DNA of 63,889 bases, the filler included, from Craspedostauros australis (taxonomy: Eukaryota): the NCBI GenBank assembly GCA_030167865.1. It is 9 parts of 9 records of this genome, joined end to end, with 100 filler letters (N's around TTAATTAATTAA, not from the genome) between each part and the next. Parts side by side here need not be neighbours in the genome. Positions count along the whole stretch, not along the records: positions 56,744 to 59,028 come from JALAGF010004257.1; positions 59,129 to 60,755 come from JALAGF010004259.1; positions 60,856 to 63,889 come from JALAGF010004260.1; 6 more parts are not named here. One strand, given 5' to 3'. This document shows, in pieces, positions 56,644-63,889 of this stretch; within the stretch, counting starts at the first letter, position 1; every line of letters starts with the position of its first letter. The translations under genes and the position numbers were made by a program. The notes under the pieces were generated by a model. The model was not told where the DNA came from and searched no databases. It saw only the letters and a program-made list of their open reading frames with translations.

Positions 56644-57493
56644 NNNNNNNNNNNNNNNNNNNNNNNNNNNNNNNNNNNNNNNNNNNNTTAATTAATTAAN
56701 NNNNNNNNNNNNNNNNNNNNNNNNNNNNNNNNNNNNNNNNNNNCACACACACGAGTACGCACCGTGCTACTTCGTGCTCACAAGGGCTTACGCACGCCAT
56801 CACACCCGTTTCAGTACTCGTGGTGATTAGTGGTGCAGTGGGTGATCCGGAGAATTCTTCTGCTGCGATCGACTTCTTCGTCGATCCAATCGCTCTCGCA
56901 AAGCTCCATCCTCTCCCTCCCATCCAAGCAGTCGTCCCTTGCTCCGGCGCTCTGACATGTGCTCTCACGATACTCTTGCGCCATGCACACATGGTCGCCG
57001 CGCGGCTTCCAATCTCTCTTGGATCTGAGAAGTCATGAGAACAGGTTCCACTCGGTTCTACTCTTTCACCGTTCCTCTCTTTCATCATGGTTCGACGACA
57101 GTGGCGAATGGTATGACTACTAATACGGGTACGACTACTAATACGAGTACGAACTATTCTATGATACTCCAGAGGTTGCTTTCGTGGTCACTCCGTCACA
57201 CCGATCTTCGCCGACGCCTTCGACAGTGCTGATTCTGTGCTGACAGTGCTTCGAAGTTGTCTGTCCAACATTCTGTGCTCACAATTTCAAACTCCAAGCC
57301 ATCAACAAACCAACAACCAAAAGAAACATACAATCCACTCACTGCACTCCATCGCAACCTATTATACAACACCATTATACAACAAAACACTAGTACTCTC
57401 CTCACTAACGCACAAGCTCAGCATCCCATCAACTCACAAACCACCACCATCACCCAAACCAACAGCATTCAACAGCATTCAACAGCATTCAAC

Positions 57494-58267
57494 ATGACCG
57501 TCTCAGCCACCATTGCTTCCACCTTCGCTCCAGCAATCACCTCTGGTGCCAACGTCTCGGCGGCCATCAGCAGCGTTCTGATGATCGGCGCCACCGGACG
57601 AATGGGAGCCCAACTCATCAACTCCATGTCCAAGCACGAAGCCACCAACGGTGCCTCCGTCGAGATCTCAGCATTCTGCCGCACCCCAGGCAAGCTCGAT
57701 GCCGCCACCAGGGCACGATGCGCACATGTCTACAAGGGTGACGCTCGCCGTGCCTCCGACCTCGAGTACGCCATCCATGATTCCAATGCCGATCTCGTCC
57801 TCGTCGCCGTCGGTAACGGTGACGACGTCAGCAAGTCCGATATCCGCGAGGCCAACGCCAAAGCGCTCGTGCNNNNNNNNNNNNGCAATCCAGCATTCGA
57901 GCACGTCCGCGTCTTCGTGGTCTCCAGCAACGGCGCGGGACCCACCAAGATCAAGGCAGGCTTCGGCCTCGGTCTGATCCTGCAGTACTACCTGCGCCAC
58001 GTGATGAAGGATCACACCAATCAGGAGAACGTGTTCCTGAGCGGCATGAAGAACCGTGTCGGATTTGTGCGTCCCACAGCATTGACCGATGGCAAGCCGA
58101 CCGGACACATGAAGACCTTCGGCGACAAGGACAAGCCACCGTCCATCCAGACCGATCGTGCCGATTTGGCCGATTGGGTGACCGCCAACGTCGTGTTCGG
58201 AGCCGATTCCAACAAGGTGAATGCCTTTGGTTCCAACGCCTTCAACGTCACATGCGTCAAGAAGTGA
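57494..58267 (+). CDS. NAD(P)-binding Rossmann-fold protein (flavin/biliverdin reductase B-like atypical SDR)
   Basis: VLMIGATGRMG dinucleotide-binding motif, AFCRTPGKL, KGDA, VRPTALTDG, DRADLADW; a 12-N internal gap keeps the frame. Confidence 0.88.
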   Translation: MTVSATIASTFAPAITSGANVSAAISSVLMIGATGRMGAQLINSMSKHEATNGASVEISAFCRTPGKLDAATRARCAHVYKGDARRASDLEYAIHDSNADLVLVAVGNGDDVSKSDIREANAKALVXXXXXNPAFEHVRVFVVSSNGAGPTKIKAGFGLGLILQYYLRHVMKDHTNQENVFLSGMKNRVGFVRPTALTDGKPTGHMKTFGDKDKPPSIQTDRADLADWVTANVVFGADSNKVNAFGSNAFNVTCVKK

Positions 58268-59221
58268 GAACGCAGAATGAGACCTTGATTCGTGATGTGT
58301 CTCTGGTGTGAGAATTCGCCCCAGTTTGACAGGAAGCAACGTGAGCGGCAACTGCGACGACAGCATGAAACTCGCACGAGCCCTGTCGGATAGAGAGGTG
58401 GAACCACAGAACAACAACAAATCAACGACTTCCAGATCATATAGAATATATTCTAATACGTACCAGTACCATGCGTCGAAGATATCAGTTTGGTGGAAAC
58501 AGCCAGAGTACTCAGTTCCAAAACATACACAGTCCAGAAGAAGCCACTCCACTTGTGGCGAGAGCAGTCAATTACATCTACTCGTCCTACCAGTATTACC
58601 CTCATGCCATGGTGGTTGCAACAGGTGCAATGCTGCTGCACTCTTTCGCCGCATCGCGTGTCATTCTCTCTTTCTCCTTTGCGGCCTCCGATGGTCTTCA
58701 CTCCGGAGATTGATTTGTGTGTTGCGCTCCTTGTTGTTGATGCTCTCTTGGTTGTGCTTGTCGTGATGTTTGTGACTTCGTTTTGGATCATTTTTGCCGT
58801 TTCGTGACACCATGTCTTCGCCAGAAATATGACATCTCTTTATCACTATTAGGTGTTTGTGCTTTTTGCTTTTGCTTCTGGTGTCACGCCATGTGTTCTC
58901 TGGAGGAACAATTGGGCTGTCGACGTCACCATCATCTGGCCGCCAATAGGATGAAGCAGATGGCAAGGAAGCGAAAGAATCGGATCGAGAGGAAAGGAAG
59001 AGATGTCAGGGATGGTCCAATCAGATGCNNNNNNNNNNNNNNNNNNNNNNNNNNNNNNNNNNNNNNNNNNNNTTAATTAATTAANNNNNNNNNNNNNNNN
59101 NNNNNNNNNNNNNNNNNNNNNNNNNNNNGACTTCCCTGTGTCTCTCACTACCTATCCTACCACAGTTTGTCAGCACCATGGGCCATCAAACATACCACAC
59201 TGGGCATCCGGCTTGCGCCTG

Positions 59222-60050
59222 CTATGCTCTTTCACTAATATCATGCACTGATCCGTGCTCCGCGCCGTTGCTTGTTCGCCCTTCCTCCAACGCCCCGTAT
59301 AACCGTCGTTTGCACAGACCCGTTTCTTGTCGTTGCCCTCTAACCGCGTCTGTGAGTCCTTGGCTTACTCCTCTTCTCTCTTGCATCGTCGCACGTTGTT
59401 TCTGCCTGACCGTCTGGGCAGTTATCCACACTGCTTGCACATGCTTCACCCACCGGCTCTGAGCATCCACTGGTCACCTCACCACCTCCACTCTCACTAC
59501 GTTCGTCATGAGAGCTTGGTCTGTGGCCAGGATACCTCCACCTCCGATTGCCCATTGCTTGTTCACCCTGGCTCATACTTCTTTTTCCTGGGCTGCCGCG
59601 CGCTTGCGTTCGTCCTGGTTGTGCAGCACACAGTTGCGTGCTTCCCACGCCTTCCATCAAACCTCCTACAGCCCTCAAACAGATATGCCCCTCCAGTTCG
59701 TCGGTTTCATTGGGAGCTCTTCCTCCATCATCACGGACTCCTGTATCGCCCTCCACTGCCTTGTCCAACACCCACGTACCATCATACCCCATCCGATCGC
59801 CTGGTGGGCACTGACTGCTTCTTGGATTTGCGTTGGTGCTCTTGGCTCCATGTTGTCTATGTTGCTCCAACTTCTCATCTGGCAGAGCATCTCTTGAGCC
59901 ATCTCTGGATCTCCTCCTGCCTGCAGCATGTCATCTCCCCACTCTGCATTTGCCTTCTCCCTCTCTGCGACCGCTGCTGGATGGCGACACTGCATGACTT
60001 GCTCAGTTGTTATCTTATTCACATGAGTACTAACACATTCATGTTTCTCA
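59222..60050 (-). mobile_element. Degenerate non-LTR retrotransposon 3' fragment
   Basis: Broken frames give TTEQVMQC...Q.AIGWGMMVRGCWTRQWRAIQ...W.ARN..LH, resembling the C-terminus of algal/fungal LINE ORFs; several disruptions. Confidence 0.55.
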
Positions 60051-60613
60051 ATGAAGCAAGCAACCTTTGCTTGAAAGATAAGCACNTGGATGGCGATCTT
60101 GATTCGATGGGAACATCTCATGAGGTTGGGACCCAATGGAAGGAGGAAGCAACACAGATGCAGACACAAACCAAGACATACATCTCACCTTGCAAGGAAT
60201 GAATGAGACCCTGATGTCATGTGAAGCTGCCTGGAGCTGTATCATACGGCATGGAGTATGAACAGAAAGGACTGTAGGTCCTATCGAGACGCGAAGAAAT
60301 ACAAGTGATCGAGTAGACATAAGACACCGGACAGCCAAAGAAAACACCATGTTTATGCTGTCATAGTAGTGCTACTACTAGTTGGTACCAACAAACTATA
60401 GTTGGCATCCTCATNNNNNNNNNNNNNNNNAGCATCCTCTGGAGTATGTGCTTGATGTAGAGAACACACTGAACACCTCGCGAAAATAACACGAGACGGA
60501 AGCCAAGAAAATAACACGAAGGAAGTCCGCACAAGAAGGAGGGAGTTTTGTGGCCGTGAGTCCAACAAGTCGGGACCATTTTCTCGTCGTGTTAAATCTC
60601 CACACAAAATCAG

Positions 60614-60674
60614 AATTTGCGTCAGGACGCAACCATTCCAGAAAAGGGCCAAAATTTGCGTCCTGACGCAAATT
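60614..60674. repeat. 19-bp perfect inverted repeat built from two internally palindromic sites
   Basis: AATTTGCGTCAGGACGCAA (60614-60632) and TTGCGTCCTGACGCAAATT (60656-60674). Confidence 0.9.
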
Positions 60675-61114
60675 AGAGGCCTATCGCATTTCACATTGGG
60701 AGTCCCACGGTACAAAATAACCTGATAATGACATTTTTAGAGGGGCAACATGCGANNNNNNNNNNNNNNNNNNNNNNNNNNNNNNNNNNNNNNNNNNNNT
60801 TAATTAATTAANNNNNNNNNNNNNNNNNNNNNNNNNNNNNNNNNNNNNNNNNNNNTCAGGACATTTAATTTTGGCGTTTGACTGGCTGGAACACGTATCC
60901 ACGACACAAATTATGAGTGTCACAACAATTCATCGTGTTGTGGCTGGTGTCATTTGCTCCGTTCTTCCGTGTGTGCCTGTTCCGGGCATTGGTGGACCTC
61001 CACTTGCAACATGGTACTTGCTTGTTCTGGTTTTGTCTCCTGCTGCGTCAACACAATCATGTTATTGTTTCTACTGTCCAACAAGCTTGGTTACGTCTAT
61101 TTTACAGTCTTTTC

Positions 61115-62858
61115 TCAGCGGATGCGTTTGCGTTTGCTTTTGACTTGTCTTCCACTGTGACTATGTTCCACCACGTTTGCAAGTCTTTCGTTCATTCGAG
61201 CTTCCGCCGCATCTCTTCGCGACGCTGCCAATGCCGATTCCCAATGTATCTCTCTTTCTTTCGGGGTGGCTGTTTTGTTCAGACCTTTTCTTTTCTTGTT
61301 GATTGTTGTGGTTGCTGTATCCGTTCCTTGGTCTTCGTCACTGTTGCCATCATGTTTGTCTGACTCTATGCTCGCAAACAATTCGGTGGACTCCGTTCTT
61401 GTGACATTGGGAGGATGTTCATCATAGTTGCCGTGGTCTTCCCTGTCGGTGCACTCTGCATTTTGTTGGGAGACGATGATTGCGGAATCGCTGTCACTGC
61501 CAGTTTCGCTGCTGTTTTGATTGGCTCCATCATCAGTCTTGGGATCCTCCATTTCATCGGTGCTGCTATTTGACGCAACATGTTTGTCTGTGGACTTTGA
61601 TTTGCTCCCACACTTGATCCGAGGCTTCGTTTTGCCCTTGCTGCTGCTCCTTCCTAGGTGTCTATCGCTATTGCGATTCTTGTTCTTGTCCTTGCCTTTG
61701 CCTTGCGTCTTCTGTGCCATCATTCTTTTCTTCTCCTCTGCATGCACCAGAGCTTTGGTTAGCCATGTTTTGTCAGGTAGATGTGCAATCCGATGGCAAC
61801 AGTTGTGAATCTCCACAGCTTGCTTTCGCTTTGGCACCTTCTTCAACGCTACCATAGAGGGGATGCCAAATTTCCTGATGATCTCCTCGGTCTTTGGTGT
61901 GAGATTTGCGCATACAGAAATTCCACAGCCAGCACACAACCACTGGGTGCGAGAGAGGCACACCAAACAAGTGCCTTTGAACTTCTGACAGTATCTGGGG
62001 GTATGCTGCCCCTTCTTCATCCTTTGCGTCAGCTCCAGCACTTGCTTGTCTACCGCTGTGCGCGAGCTGTTCAGAATTGACTGTAGCTTGGATGGACGTT
62101 GTGGGGATCCCTCGGGTTGTATGTTGCCATCATCCACTCCAGTGACACCTTCTGGCACCAAGGCCACTGGGTGACGCTCGGTATGCTGGCCATTGTCGTT
62201 TCTTGGTGATTTAGTCTCTTCATTCAGCAGATCTACCACCTTCTTTGCAAAGCGGCCAATGATGGTTGTCATGGATGTGTTGAAACTCCATGCATGATTC
62301 GCTCGATTGCGGTAGTGCTCGATGGACTCATTAGGTTGGAAGAGGCTGCCATCTTCGTCCTCCCGCTTTGTTGTGTGTTGGAACATTCGGTGAAGGCCAA
62401 CAAAGACGGTCTGGAGAAGTCGACCGCTCGCCACAGCATTGAGATTTCCCTGTGGGGGTGGGGCCTCATGTTGGCGAATGAGCCGTGTTGTGATGTCAGA
62501 TCCGCCCTTGAGTCCATTCCACCATGCACAGCCATAGGGTAGAAATGTCTTCACTGGCGGTACGGGAAACTCAATCTGTTGTTGGCAGCTTTGCCACAAC
62601 TTGAGATGATGAAAGAGATCATCACTTCGTAGGTGCCATAGAGTTTTGCTGGCTCCTCGGAATTTGTTTGTCTGTGGATCGGTATCGAGAAAGTTCGACA
62701 TGAGATGGCATGACGATCGTTGTATCTCGTTATCGCAGTCTTCTGGATACGCAAACCCCAGCACCAGCCAGAATATGTCATCCATAACATTCCCATAGTG
62801 TTGAAGCAATGCGTCTGGAAATCTGGTGGCGATACTGCGGATGATTTCACCATGCCTG
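61115..62858 (-). mobile_element. piggyBac-like DDE transposase, C-terminal part, 5' end disrupted by an LTR-like insertion
   Basis: WWNGLKGGSD resembles piggyBac YN..KGGVD; C-terminal CLVC...WLCAGC...C...C...H Cys-rich domain; reading frame extends upstream to the TGTTGG at 62859. Confidence 0.6.
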
Positions 62859-63889
62859 TGTTGGAAATCCGGGGTTATAGTTAGTACTGTATTCTAATCT
62901 GCTATTTGAAACTGTACCGTTTTAGAACTGTGAGCACAATCTCACTTTCTCTTCCGATTTCATTTTTCGTAGTAGGCATCTGCCGCGGTGGCGACTCGGG
63001 GCGTCCTGTTGTTCTTAGGTGCTTCTTTTCCCCATTCATCATGCTCTGTTCTTGCTTCCTTATCTTGGCATCGTTGTTGCTTGCCTCTGCATCGTCATAG
63101 CTGTCTACGCTTGCATGGTAGGAGTCTTCAGTCCTGAGCACTTGCCTATCACATGTTTCCGTTGTTGATCTCATGACACCATCGTCCCACGATCGATGTC
63201 AACCTTGGCGATGTTCCAAACCTGCTAATGTTCTGATCCTTTCTGATGTTCCAAACTTGCAGTTGTTCTTGTCCGCAGGAGGGGCGCATGCTGTCCTCTG
63301 AAGGGGGTGCGTCACTTGCCCATTGACCTGCTGTTCTGATCGACGTCGTCGTCTCCATGGTTGTTGGAAATCCGGGGTTAATGTTAGTAAGAACTAATTG
63401 GTTGTTAGATCGTACTGTTTTAGAACTGTGAGTTCATTCTCTTCAGCTCCTTTGCCTTTCAATTCACATATAGCATCTCCTGCAGCAGCATCACATTGTA
63501 CTGTTGCCTTCATGCATCTTATCTTCATGCTTCTGCGCTTGCATACATGAGATCATATCTGCAGGCATCTTTGTCATGCATTTCGCTATGCATATCGTCA
63601 TTCTACATTCCCTGTGGTACGATTCCACAGTCATGCGTTTCTCTCTTGGTCTCCTGACACCAAACTTTACGATTGGTGTCATGATTGATGTCATGGTTGA
63701 TGCTCTTTCTGAGTTGTTCTAGTCCGTGGGTGACACGTGCCTTGATCTCCAGATGGGGTGATCACCAATCTGTCGGTCATCATCTTCCTTCACATGATTT
63801 CGATATCGTGGCCTTTTCTTGATTCATTGAGGACAGGCTTGTTTGCTTGGTAAGACTGAGGTCATTCCCGTGTGATTCGTGTCGTGGGT
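62859..63889. mobile_element. Two related LTR-like sequences starting TGTTGGAAATCCGGGGTTA (62859 and 63362)
   Basis: Shared first ~80 bp including GTTAGTA and TTTTAGAACTGTGAG; no coding capacity; far ends undefined. Confidence 0.6.

Noticed and set aside
49789..57536. Large TIR element (793-bp inverted repeats) carrying the RT gene
   Set aside because: Both arms start at contig edges and contain the start of a host Rossmann-fold gene; best explained by a mis-oriented overlapping contig.
1..63889. tRNA, rRNA or snRNA genes
   Set aside because: None recognised by eye; tRNAscan-SE and Infernal were not run, so small RNAs could be missed.

Overview
Eukaryotic nuclear DNA, most likely from a diatom. 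The basis is GT-AG spliceosomal introns, a signal-peptide + ASAF-type plastid presequence, DUF6824-like proteins and a diatom-type copia gag. The window is a draft scaffold: contigs are joined by eight artificial 100-nt spacers (44N-TTAATTAATTAA-44N), and two contigs appear mis-oriented with unmerged overlaps. Bases ~10.8-38.5 kb are gene-dense: ARM-like protein, repeat-bearing plastid protein, O-fucosyltransferase, glutaminyl cyclase, Q-rich DUF6824-like protein, PPR protein, STAND-type ATPase, Cys-rich secreted protein and a frameshifted peroxiredoxin-like gene. The first 10.7 kb is a 6,692-bp-period direct duplication carrying a two-exon DUF6824-like gene. From ~42.5 kb the window is TE-rich (copia gag with a nested LTR, non-LTR relic, piggyBac-like transposase, LTR termini), interleaved with subtilisin, alpha-kinase and Rossmann-fold genes. 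The most striking element is an apparently intact ~4.1-kb single-ORF CRE-like non-LTR retrotransposon (RT + restriction-like endonuclease). It lies between two (CA)n/(TG)n tracts and has an N-terminal nine-cysteine CXC (MSL2/tesmin-type) motif instead of C2H2 fingers, making it a candidate microsatellite-targeting retroelement. All family assignments come from motif recognition by eye; no searches were run.
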